A stretch of 64,000 bases of DNA from Actinomycetota bacterium (GTDB taxonomy: Bacteria > Actinomycetota > Thermoleophilia > RBG-16-64-13): NCBI GenBank assembly GCA_016278725.1, contig JADQBG010000008.1, positions 1,680 to 65,679 of the forward strand. The letters are read 5' to 3'. The position numbers and the translations under genes are program-made. Shown piece after piece: positions 44,721 to 53,472 of the stretch. A model generated the notes under the pieces. The model saw only the letters and a list, made by a program, of their open reading frames with translations. It searched no databases and was not told the DNA's origin. Positions within the stretch are counted from its first letter, which is position 1. Each line of letters starts with the position of its first letter.

Positions 44721-45299
44721 TTCGAACGCGAGTTCCTGCTCCAGTCTCTCCAGAAAGCTGCTCATGTATCGGCTGCGGCCTTCAGCCACTTCCTGGGCGG
44801 TGCCGGGAAGGGATTCCGGAGTCCCGGCGATTATCTTGCGCATGACGGCGGGGAAGTCGTCGACCTCACCGCTGAAGGAGCCGTCGATGACGCCGCGCAC
44901 CGCCGCGCGGACGATCCCGATCGCCCCCAGATACTCGATGGTGTCGGCGGCCTGAGCCACCTCGGCCTCGACCGAAGCGGGGTCGGGACCGCCGTAGCGG
45001 CTGTGAGCTTCCTGCACGTGGAGAACCGCTTCCCGCCGGGCCTCCGGATAGCCGACCTCTGCCAGGATCTCGGCAGCCTTGGCGCGGCCCGCCACGAAGT
45101 GCCGCGGCCGATCCGTGAGGACGCCCACGTCGTGGAGCAGGGCACCGGGGATCAGGGTGTCGAGGTCGGCCCCTACCTGCGATCCGACACGTTCCGCCCA
45201 TTCGGTCATCCGCCGCACGTGTCCGGGAGTGGCGATGGGCTCCTCGGACAAGAGCTCGTTCACCCGCTCCCAGATCCCTTCCCTGCTCTTCTGGTCCAT
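44715..45299 (-). CDS. HD-domain protein
   Basis: HVRRM, ALLHDVG, H...G, H.., QAADTIEYLGAIG. Confidence 0.88.
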   Translation of the reverse strand: MDQKSREGIWERVNELLSEEPIATPGHVRRMTEWAERVGSQVGADLDTLIPGALLHDVGVLTDRPRHFVAGRAKAAEILAEVGYPEARREAVLHVQEAHSRYGGPDPASVEAEVAQAADTIEYLGAIGIVRAAVRGVIDGSFSGEVDDFPAVMRKIIAGTPESLPGTAQEVAEGRSRYMSSFLERLEQELAFEA

Positions 45300-45424
45300 G
45301 CCCGCTCCTTTCGGTGGTCGAAGCCGCCTAGCTTAGCGCACCGGATAACAATTTGTGCCTGCGGGTATCCGCCTGCGGGAGGCCGAGTTCAGCCAGGTTG
45401 GTGTGGGTGAGGGAGGAGGTGCGC

Positions 45425-46009
45425 TTGACCCCCAAAGCCCGAAGCGAGTGGGAAAAAATGATCTCGGGTGAGCTCTACGATCCCCGAGACCCCCAACTGA
45501 CCGCCCGGCGCAGGCGCGCCCGGGAGTTGCTACGGCACTACAACTCCTCCGCCGAGACGAAGCGCAGCCGCCGTGACCGCATCTTGCGGCAGCTGTTGGG
45601 TTCTGCGGGAGATGACCTTTGGATCGAGCCGCCGTTCTTCTGCGACTACGGCACCAACATTCGAGTGGGCCACGACGTCTTCTTCAACTTCAACTGCGTG
45701 GTGCTTGATGTCGCCGAGGTCACGATGGGGGATCGGGTCTTCGTCGGGCCGGCCGTGCAAATCTACACCGCGGACCATCTGCGAGAGGCGGCCGCCCGCG
45801 GCGCCGACCTGGAGTTCGGACTGCCCGTACGCATCGGCTCGGATGTCTGGATCGGTGGGGGAGCGCTGATCCTCCCGGGAGTCTCCATCGGCTCGCGTTC
45901 CGTTATTGGCGCAGGCAGCGTGGTTACCCGGGATGTGCCGGACGATGCGTTGGTCGCGGGAAATCCAGCCCGGATCATCCGCGAATTGGGCCAAGGGGAA
46001 GACAGCTAG
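45425..46009 (+). CDS. maa: Sugar (maltose-type) O-acetyltransferase
   Basis: EKMISGELY, IEPPFFCDYG, hexapeptide repeats, WIGG...PGV.IG; TTG after GAGGAGGAGG. Confidence 0.92.
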   Translation: MTPKARSEWEKMISGELYDPRDPQLTARRRRARELLRHYNSSAETKRSRRDRILRQLLGSAGDDLWIEPPFFCDYGTNIRVGHDVFFNFNCVVLDVAEVTMGDRVFVGPAVQIYTADHLREAAARGADLEFGLPVRIGSDVWIGGGALILPGVSIGSRSVIGAGSVVTRDVPDDALVAGNPARIIRELGQGEDS

Positions 46010-46139
46010 GCGGACTCAGGCCGGGCGAAGCGCCCGGCCTCTTGCGGTTGCGGCGTGAGGATCTTAGTAGCGAAAGTGACCGGGTCCCCGCTAGACCCGG
46101 CCTCTACTCGAAGGTATCGGCCTGTTTTCGGGATATCCG

Positions 46140-46250
46140 CTAGTGGCGGTAGCGGTGGAGCAGTGCGTCCATCCCCCCGAAGAGCCAGAGCCCGACACCC
46201 AGGGCCACCAAGGCCCCAATGATGATGACTATCCAGAGAAGCGGGTCCAT
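46140..46250 (-). CDS. 36-aa single-TM small protein
   Basis: Not in the ORF track. MDPLLWIVIIIGALVALGVGLWLFGGMDALLHRYRH; AGGAGG 4 nt before the ATG. Confidence 0.65.
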   Translation of the reverse strand: MDPLLWIVIIIGALVALGVGLWLFGGMDALLHRYRH

Positions 46251-46335
46251 GCTGCCTCCTTTTGCCGCGCCCGCTCTTGGCCGGCTGCGACCGCTTCCAT
46301 TTCGGAACATTTAGGTTGTACCCGCTGAGCGGGGA

Positions 46336-46395
46336 CCGCAACCCGATGCGCCGCAACCCGAAGGGCCGGAACCCGATGCGCCGCAACCCGAAGGG
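46336..46395. repeat. Intergenic tandem repeat, 4 x 15 nt (2 x 30 nt)
   Basis: CCGCAACCCGATGCG / CCGCAACCCGAAGGG / CCGGAACCCGATGCG / CCGCAACCCGAAGGG. Confidence 0.9.
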
Positions 46396-46406
46396 GCGCG
46401 ACGACC

Positions 46407-46835
46407 TCAGGCGGTCACCTCGTGCACGACCTCGTCTAGGCGGCCGGCCAGCTTCGGCGCCGGCGTTACCACTATCTTCTGGTCGCCCAACGAGTAGGAG
46501 TAGCGCGGCAGTTCGGCCGACGCTTCGTAGGCCTCCTTGAGCTCGCGCGAGAGCTCCTCCACGCGCCCCCCGCCGATGCCCTTCTCCTTCACCACCTCGG
46601 CGAAGTTGTGCTCCTCGTGGCCTTCGTACCAGACCACGCCAAATTCTTTGGGCGGCTTGCCCACCATCACGTACATCCCGTCGTCGGCCGGTACGGCCTC
46701 CAGGCGGTCCTTCGCCCGCTGGGACAGGTCCTCCAGCTGACTCCGGTAATCCTCCACCTTTGCGGCGATCGGACTCTTGGGATCTAGGTCTGGATACTCC
46801 TCTTTCTTTCCGAAGATCGAGTCCAGCAGACCCAT
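46407..46835 (-). CDS. Hypothetical protein (142 aa)
   Basis: MGLLDSIFGKK start after RBS GAAGGAG; coding-like composition. Confidence 0.75.
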   Translation of the reverse strand: MGLLDSIFGKKEEYPDLDPKSPIAAKVEDYRSQLEDLSQRAKDRLEAVPADDGMYVMVGKPPKEFGVVWYEGHEEHNFAEVVKEKGIGGGRVEELSRELKEAYEASAELPRYSYSLGDQKIVVTPAPKLAGRLDEVVHEVTA

Positions 46836-47034
46836 GTTCGGCTCCTTCCCCCGTTTGTTGCCAGGGTGGCCCGACAAAGCGCGATAGAAGAAACCACGGG
46901 AAAGAAAAACCGCCACCCGAAAAACTTCGGATAGCGGCCCGACTACCCCGATTGTACCTCCGGGCGCTTTGCCGCCCGGACCCCCCTGTACAAATATGTA
47001 GTACTCAACAGTCTCGTGGAAGCGGGCGGCTAGG

Positions 47035-48018
47035 TCAACCCCCTATCGGCGTCGGGGCAGCCGGCGGGCCCGGAGCGTCCGCCTGCGCGCGGACGCGGGC
47101 TTCTCTACGCTTCCACCACCACTCCAATCCGTAGTACGCCGCCAGCGCGTAGGCCACCCCGGCAATGGCGTCGATCACATAGTGGTTTCCGGTGTAGACG
47201 ATGGAGAACCAGACCGCCAAGGGGTAAAGGACGAAAGGCAGGGCCCTGCGCCCATAGAGCTTCAGCAGAAAGAGGAAGACCAGGAACGGGTATGCGGCGT
47301 GCAGCGAGGGCATGGCCGCGACCGGGTTGGGATTGGCGAAATCGTAGATCGAGGGCAGGCTCGGGCCGTTCCCCAAGTGCCCCAGGACGCGTCCGATCAC
47401 GCTGTGCACCTCGGGGATGTACCCGTCTCGGGCCGCCATCCACGGGGGCATCGCCGGATAGAGAAGATAGGTCAGGAAGCCCGCGTAGGAGAGCACCAAA
47501 AGCGTCACCGTAAACCGCTTGAACTGCTCGCGCCGCGTCGACCACAAGTAGTAGGCGAAGCCGAAGGGCAGGATGGTGTGCGACATGTAGAGCAGTGTGG
47601 CCAGGTAGTCGTACCAAAGGGGACCGCCCTCGTCGAGCAGCCAGTCCTGCAAGGCTACCGGCGGCAACTTTCCCAAGAAGAGGAAGCGGTCGGCGTCGAT
47701 CATGAAGTGGATGTTCACCGGCAGACCGTGGGTGTAGGCAATGCCGCGGAGAAACTCATACCCCAAGAGGAGGAGGATCACCGGCGTCCAGTCACGCAGA
47801 TAGGCGATCGGTTTGGCGAAGAGGAGTGCGATCGCGAATCCGACGATCACCAGCTTCTCCGGGGTCATCCACATGCCGTAGCGCACCATCAGGGCAGCCG
47901 CAATCACGAAGTAGAGCGCGGTGAGCAACAGGCCGGGCCGGGCACGGGCGGCGGCGAGGACGCGCGCCGCCCTGCCGGAGGTCTTTCTCGCCGGGACCTC
48001 TGTGGTGTCGATCGCCAA
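47035..48018 (-). CDS. PAP2-superfamily (PAP2_3 / IPC-synthase-like) membrane protein
   Basis: YLLYPAMPPW, NPVAAMPSLHAAY, YTGNHYVIDAIAG; start uncertain. Confidence 0.88.
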   Translation of the reverse strand: MAIDTTEVPARKTSGRAARVLAAARARPGLLLTALYFVIAAALMVRYGMWMTPEKLVIVGFAIALLFAKPIAYLRDWTPVILLLLGYEFLRGIAYTHGLPVNIHFMIDADRFLFLGKLPPVALQDWLLDEGGPLWYDYLATLLYMSHTILPFGFAYYLWSTRREQFKRFTVTLLVLSYAGFLTYLLYPAMPPWMAARDGYIPEVHSVIGRVLGHLGNGPSLPSIYDFANPNPVAAMPSLHAAYPFLVFLFLLKLYGRRALPFVLYPLAVWFSIVYTGNHYVIDAIAGVAYALAAYYGLEWWWKRREARVRAQADAPGPPAAPTPIGG

Positions 48019-48166
48019 TTCTTTCCGTTCCGCCGATTTCGCTAGAATCTCCCATATTAACGCAGGGCCCGCCCTGGTATGCGCCGGCGGCCACGCTGAC
48101 CGGCGCCACGCCAACCGGCGGCCCAAGCCGGGATAGAAGAAAGGCCGAGTAACGCAGGACGACGAC

Positions 48167-49792
48167 CTGACAGACACACCAGACGGACGGTCCGGTCGAC
48201 GGCGCGGCCCATACTCGTGGCTAATCGAGCATGCCTGGCTTCTGCCGCTCCTGGTATTCGTTGCCGTGTACTCCTGGCGGCCCTTCGCGCTCGGCTTCTA
48301 CTCGGATGACTGGCCCAACATAGTCGAGGCGGCGCATCACGGCGGACCGTTCTCTTGGGAGCGTTGGCTTCAGATCAACGAACGCATCCCTCTAGCCCGG
48401 CCCCTGCAGATCCCCCTGATGTTCCTGCTTTCCAGCCTATTCGGTAAGTCCGCGCTGCTTTGGCAACTGTCGTTGTTGGCGGTAGTGGCTGTCACCGCTT
48501 GGACGCTGCGCGTATTTCTCGGCCGCCTGCTCGCCGCGCTCAGAGCGGGCAGCGGGTCGCTGGCGGACTTCGCGGTAGCCCTCTGGCTGGCGGTGCCCTG
48601 GTCGCTGGGCTATTCGGCCTGGCCGGTGGCGTTGCCCAACATGTTGAGCTTCTTGCTCTTTCTGCTTGCCGGACTCGTGTTGCTTCGTTCGAGATCTGTC
48701 CGTTCCGTGGCCGGGGCGTTTGTGCTTTTCGGTGCGAGCATCCTGACCTATGAAGCTTTCTACTTGCAGTTTCTGCCGCTCCTGGTGCTGGTCGCCTTGG
48801 TCGTGTTGGTCGCGCCCGCGCGCGATGTCGATACCGGAGGCCGCCATGGCTCCGGCTTGCGAGGGGCGCCCGGAGAACGGCGGGCTTTCGTGTGGGCCGG
48901 GTTGAGTTTGCTCGCGGTGCAACTGGGCGCCGTGGGCTGGAACCGGCTGGCGGCCGAACTGCAACCCTGGACCGCGAAGCGCTTCAATGACCACTGGGCG
49001 GGGGAAACCCTCGATTCCCTCAGGGGCCTGCCCCACCAACTCGCTCGGGCCCTTCCCCTGGGGCAGGGGGTGGCTATCGCGGCGGCGCTGGTGCTTCTGG
49101 CCCTCGTGGCGGCCGGCTTACTGCGCCGGCGTCGGCCCAGCCGTGGCATCCAACTGAGGATCCTTGCCGTCGTCCTGGTGGGTCTCTGTGGCCTCGTTCT
49201 CGGCGTGGTGGTGCTCTCCGCCGCGGGCTACTCGTTGGTTGCGGTGGGACGGCCGTCGCGCACGTTCATCTCGCCCAACTTCTGGCTGCTTCTGGGGTTG
49301 GTCGCTCTTTTTGCAGTTGTGCGCGGTGAACTGCACCGCCGGGTGCTGGCGGTCGCGGGAGTCGTGCTGGTGGTCGCCTTGAGCTTGGCCAACATCCATT
49401 GGGCCACGGAGTGGGCGCAGATCTGGCAGGTGGAGCGGGAAATGGTGGCGGAGTTCCCGGCGGAGCAACTCCAGGGGGCGGACGAGAAGGCGCTGGTGCT
49501 CGTGCGCAACGGCCTCATGGTCGAGAATGCCCGGGTCTTCCCCGATAGCTGGAGTATCGGCGGGGCCGTCGTCGATAGCCATCCGAGCACGCGCAATCCG
49601 GATGGAAGCTACCGGCGTTTCGTCCCCTATAAGGCCGGATGGCGTAACTACTGGAACGGCAATCGCTTGACCCAGCGGGCCGGCAATCAGGGGGACGATC
49701 GCAAGCTCGTGTTTTCCGGATCTGAGCTCTGGATCTGGGACTTGGACCGCGACACGGTCGAGCGCTGGCAGGCCCGCGGGGAAGTGCCTTAG
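48167..49792 (+). CDS. Polytopic membrane protein, GT-C glycosyltransferase-like; possible CTG start
   Basis: GFYSDDW after TM1, RP motif, LTYE, about 11 TM segments. TM1 extends upstream of the tracked GTG 48266; in-frame TAG at 48134. Confidence 0.65.
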   Translation: MTDTPDGRSGRRRGPYSWLIEHAWLLPLLVFVAVYSWRPFALGFYSDDWPNIVEAAHHGGPFSWERWLQINERIPLARPLQIPLMFLLSSLFGKSALLWQLSLLAVVAVTAWTLRVFLGRLLAALRAGSGSLADFAVALWLAVPWSLGYSAWPVALPNMLSFLLFLLAGLVLLRSRSVRSVAGAFVLFGASILTYEAFYLQFLPLLVLVALVVLVAPARDVDTGGRHGSGLRGAPGERRAFVWAGLSLLAVQLGAVGWNRLAAELQPWTAKRFNDHWAGETLDSLRGLPHQLARALPLGQGVAIAAALVLLALVAAGLLRRRRPSRGIQLRILAVVLVGLCGLVLGVVVLSAAGYSLVAVGRPSRTFISPNFWLLLGLVALFAVVRGELHRRVLAVAGVVLVVALSLANIHWATEWAQIWQVEREMVAEFPAEQLQGADEKALVLVRNGLMVENARVFPDSWSIGGAVVDSHPSTRNPDGSYRRFVPYKAGWRNYWNGNRLTQRAGNQGDDRKLVFSGSELWIWDLDRDTVERWQARGEVP

Positions 49793-51354
49793 CCGGGAAC
49801 TTCGTCAGCAGGTCCCGGCAGGCTCCCGAACCATAGCTGCAAATTGCGCAATAGTTGAGCGGCTTCCCCGCGGGGCATCGGTTCGTAGGGATTCGAGGCT
49901 GCGCCCCGGAGCGGGATGCCCGCGAGCAGCCCGTTGAACTCAGCTTTGGCTGCGTTCAGACCGTGTTCGCTACTACCCAGGGTACGGTCCCAGGCGGCCG
50001 AATAGCCCGCGGGAACGTCCTCCATAGGGGCGGTGGCCAGCATCTCGGCCGCGCGCACCGACATGGTCACAGCCTGGGCGCGAGTGACGGCCAGCCAGGG
50101 CCCAAAGCGCCCGTCCTGGTAACCCCGGATCAGCCCGTCGCGGAACGCCGCCGCCACGAAGTCGTGAGGATACAGATCGTCGGGCGCGTCGGGGCCCAGG
50201 TCCGGAAACGGGGAAACCAAGGCTTCATCCACGCTTCGCCCGAGTGCGCCCACCAGCATTTTGGCCAACTGCGCCCGGTAGAGCGGATTGTCGGGTCGGA
50301 AGGTGTTGTCCGGATAGCCACCGACCGTCCCGTCGGCCGAGAGAGCCTCCAGTGCGGGGCGGTAGGGATGGTCGGGGGCGACGTCGTGAAAGCGCAGAGT
50401 CACGGCCTCCAACTCTCGCACGAACCCGAGGAGGAGAGTGCCCGCCGCTTCGACCCGGCTCGGCTGAAGATGGCTTGGGGTGTCCGCGGCGGTGTGGTAG
50501 ACGGGGTCGTCGCGCCACTGGAGCCAGGCCGCGGGTATCCCGGCAAGCTCGAAGGCCTCGTGGTCGCTCCACCCACTCTTGCCGGGATCCTGCAGATAGG
50601 TCAGCGGGGCCGGCTGGGGTGCCGTCCCCTGCCTTGTGGCAAAAGAGAGGAGCTGGTCCTTGAGCGCCTGAGGCCCTCTGCCCATAGTGCGGACGTGAAA
50701 ACCGGTGCCGTACCCGATCATGTCCACGGAGATCATCGCCCGGGTGAGGCGGCGTTCCTCCGGCGACATGGCCGCGACGTGGTGGCGCGAGCCGTAGTGG
50801 TGGTGATCGGGATTGGAGTCGATGGTCTCTTCGGCGCCGAAGAAGACAAACACCACCGTAACGTCGAGCGGTTCGTCCCTGAGTTGAGCGGCGATCTGGA
50901 GCAGCGCGCCCACGCCGGTCCCGTTGTCGTTTGCGCCGGGCGAGGGGCTCTTACTGTCGTAGTGGGCGCCGAGCACCAATACATCGGGGTTGCGGCCAGG
51001 CAGGGTGGCCGCCACGTTACGCGAGGTGAGCCCGTTGTCCAGGGCAAAACCCTGAAAGCGGGGCCGGTAGCCCAGGGAGGCAAGCCGTGCGGCAAGCCAG
51101 TCACCCGCGCGCCACTCTCCTCCGGCACCTGCCCGGCGCACCCCGATTTCGTTCGAGAGGGTGGAGGTATAGCCGAGGGCCGCGGTGGTGTCAAAAGGGG
51201 CCGTGGCAGCCTGCGCGGAGGGGGCGAAGATTCCCCCGACCAGCGCCAGGGAGATGAGCAGAGCCGCGAAAAAGAGGGCCTTACCACGCAGAGCGGCGGA
51301 CGGCGCACTGCTCGTCGGCCGTGGACGCCTCTGGGCACCCGTGAACGCTGTCAT
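49789..51354 (-). CDS. Secreted M28 peptidase with SLH domains
   Basis: LGAHYDS, GANDNGTG, FGAEE, SVDMIG, SDH, YHT..D; FHDV.PDHPY...GGYPDNTFRPD SLH. Confidence 0.92.
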   Translation of the reverse strand: MTAFTGAQRRPRPTSSAPSAALRGKALFFAALLISLALVGGIFAPSAQAATAPFDTTAALGYTSTLSNEIGVRRAGAGGEWRAGDWLAARLASLGYRPRFQGFALDNGLTSRNVAATLPGRNPDVLVLGAHYDSKSPSPGANDNGTGVGALLQIAAQLRDEPLDVTVVFVFFGAEETIDSNPDHHHYGSRHHVAAMSPEERRLTRAMISVDMIGYGTGFHVRTMGRGPQALKDQLLSFATRQGTAPQPAPLTYLQDPGKSGWSDHEAFELAGIPAAWLQWRDDPVYHTAADTPSHLQPSRVEAAGTLLLGFVRELEAVTLRFHDVAPDHPYRPALEALSADGTVGGYPDNTFRPDNPLYRAQLAKMLVGALGRSVDEALVSPFPDLGPDAPDDLYPHDFVAAAFRDGLIRGYQDGRFGPWLAVTRAQAVTMSVRAAEMLATAPMEDVPAGYSAAWDRTLGSSEHGLNAAKAEFNGLLAGIPLRGAASNPYEPMPRGEAAQLLRNLQLWFGSLPGPADEVPG

Positions 51355-51997
51355 ATCTTCTCCCGCTCGGCGTCACCGGTTCGATGGTTGTCTACTGCCG
51401 TGGGTCCCAAGAAGACCTGCAGCGCCCGTCTCAGCTCTTCGACCAGGGCCTCCGGCGCCCTATTCTCCATGACCTCGAGTATCCGCCCATAGTACCAGCG
51501 GGTGGCCTCGCCTCCTTCGGTGAAGCGGTCGAAGGCGCTGTCTCCCAGCCGGTAATAGTCCCGCGCCAGGGCCCGCGCGTTGTGCAGTTTGTCGCAGGCC
51601 GAGACAAGCAGGATGGATCCGTCGGCCTGTTCCATCCTGGATAGGTAACGTTCCTTCCGTTCGCGCCAGGCAAGCTTCTGCCCCCGCTCGCCGCGGGTTC
51701 CTTCGACCCAGTCGCTCAGCCCTTCGACGATCTCCGCCACTCGGTCGCCGAGCGCCGGCGGATGTCTTCCAGCCTCTCCTGTCCGCCGGCGTCCTCGACG
51801 CTGTCGTGCAGCAGAGCGGCCACAGCTTCAGCATCATCGGCACCGTGCTCCAGCGCGAGCGAGGCGACCCCGAGGACATGAGAGATGTAGGGCGTGTGGG
51901 TCTTCTCCCGGCATTGCCCGCGGTGTGCCTCGTGCGCGTAGCAGAGCGCCTCGCCAAACTGCTCCAGCAGCCTGTCGGTCTTGAGCACGTCAGACAT
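51351..51997 (-). pseudogene. Stand-alone RelA/SpoT-type HD hydrolase (small alarmone hydrolase-like), frameshifted near 51751
   Basis: H.GQ.R..T..PYISH, AALLHDSVED then (R)FGDRVAEIVEGLSD, CDKLHNAR split over two tracked ORFs; one missing base restores RFGDRV. Confidence 0.85.
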
Positions 51998-52000
51998 GGC

Positions 52001-52912
52001 CTAACCTGCGCCGGAGAGGGCCGCGACGCCCAGCACGACCATCCCAGCGCCCAACCATTGTGGAGGCTTCATGCGCTCGCGGAGGAAGGCCCAAGCGAGC
52101 AGCACGGTGATGGCGGAGAAGGTCGAGGCCACCACCACGGCGATGGCCTTCCCCTCTCCATGGCTACCGGCCAGGAGGGCGAGGTAGGCGCCGCTATCCA
52201 GGATTCCCTGAGCGAGGATCAGGGGCCAGAGCGCTACCGGCAGGCGAGGCGCCTCACGTTTGACCAGGAGCAAGAGGCCAAGCAACGTCAGACTGACGAG
52301 TCGGGCGAGCCAGACCGTGGTTAGCTCACCGGTGTTTTCGGCCGCCGTCTGACCGGCCGCCACCGTCACGGCTGAGAGCACAGCGGCGGCTAAGGCGATG
52401 GCGGCGCTGCGGCGGACGTGCGCCCGGTCATAGGTTTCGCCGATGCCCGGGCCACCGGCGGCGGTGAGCTTTTTCTTGGGGACGTCCGCCCCCTCTTCCT
52501 CGGTGGAAGAGAGCGCCAGAGCCGCGGTCCCCGCCATCACCGCCCCCATGGCGGCCCACTGGAGCAGGCTGGGCCGGACGCCGATGGCAAGGCTAAAGGC
52601 CACATTGAAGGCAGGGAAGGTGCTGACGATGGGGGCGACCACGGCGATCGGGCCCCGCACGAGCCCCAGATAGAGCAGGAGCGTGCTCATCATGGTGGTG
52701 GCCCCGGCCAGCCCGATCAGCCAGAGGTCGGAAGCAGCCGGCAGAGCAACGGTTCCCACCGTCAAGACCACGAGAGTGAGCGCCACCACCCCGACCAGGA
52801 ACGTCCCGAGCAGCGCGTTGAGATGTCCCACCGAGCGGCCGGTGAAACGGACGATGAAATCAGTAGCACCCCAGCCTGCCGCCGAAAGGAGTCCCCAAAT
52901 CGCTGGATTCAT
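52001..52912 (-). CDS. EamA/DMT-family transporter
   Basis: 10 TM segments; duplicated EamA pattern; FLRERMKPPQWLG. Confidence 0.9.
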   Translation of the reverse strand: MNPAIWGLLSAAGWGATDFIVRFTGRSVGHLNALLGTFLVGVVALTLVVLTVGTVALPAASDLWLIGLAGATTMMSTLLLYLGLVRGPIAVVAPIVSTFPAFNVAFSLAIGVRPSLLQWAAMGAVMAGTAALALSSTEEEGADVPKKKLTAAGGPGIGETYDRAHVRRSAAIALAAAVLSAVTVAAGQTAAENTGELTTVWLARLVSLTLLGLLLLVKREAPRLPVALWPLILAQGILDSGAYLALLAGSHGEGKAIAVVVASTFSAITVLLAWAFLRERMKPPQWLGAGMVVLGVAALSGAG

Positions 52913-53145
52913 CGCACCTCACGAAGGCTCGTCTTTGCAGGAGCTAATTGCCGCGGCGAAAGCCGAGATAAACTCCTCAGCGGCGAGCATATCCGCGGAC
53001 GGCCGCTAGTCAGAATGGTGTTGACGAGTGAGCCGCGCCGGAATAGCTTTGGTGTACAGAGGCGCGATGCTCCTATTCCCTTGGCTTCCCGGAAGCAGCC
53101 GGGCCGGGTGAGGGAAAAGGAGGACGCGGGGAGGAGGTAACGGGC

Positions 53146-53463
53146 ATGCAGTTGTTCTTGATCCTGCTCGGGGGAATCTTCCTCTTGAGTGGTGTGGCGC
53201 TTGCCGGGTTGAGCTTCCTGCTCCCGGCCGAATGCAAAGACGAGACCGCCGCGGACGGGCAGGTAGAAGGCACTCTGCTTGGCGAGGCCGGATCGGGGCC
53301 GCAGACCCGGCCGCGCGGTTGGAAACACGCCGCGGGTTGGGGCGGGGGCTACGTGTGGGAACCCGGGCAGCAGAGCGGCCGCTCGCGCCCGGGGGCCGCA
53401 GGGGATCCTGCAGATCCGTCGTTTATCGACGAGCCTCTGGCGGAGAGTTTCGAGCTGGACTGA
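53146..53463 (+). CDS. Hypothetical protein with N-terminal TM anchor
   Basis: RBS GGAGGAGGT; hydrophobic first 25 aa; acidic tail. Confidence 0.6.
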   Translation: MQLFLILLGGIFLLSGVALAGLSFLLPAECKDETAADGQVEGTLLGEAGSGPQTRPRGWKHAAGWGGGYVWEPGQQSGRSRPGAAGDPADPSFIDEPLAESFELD

Positions 53464-53472
53464 CCACCCAGG

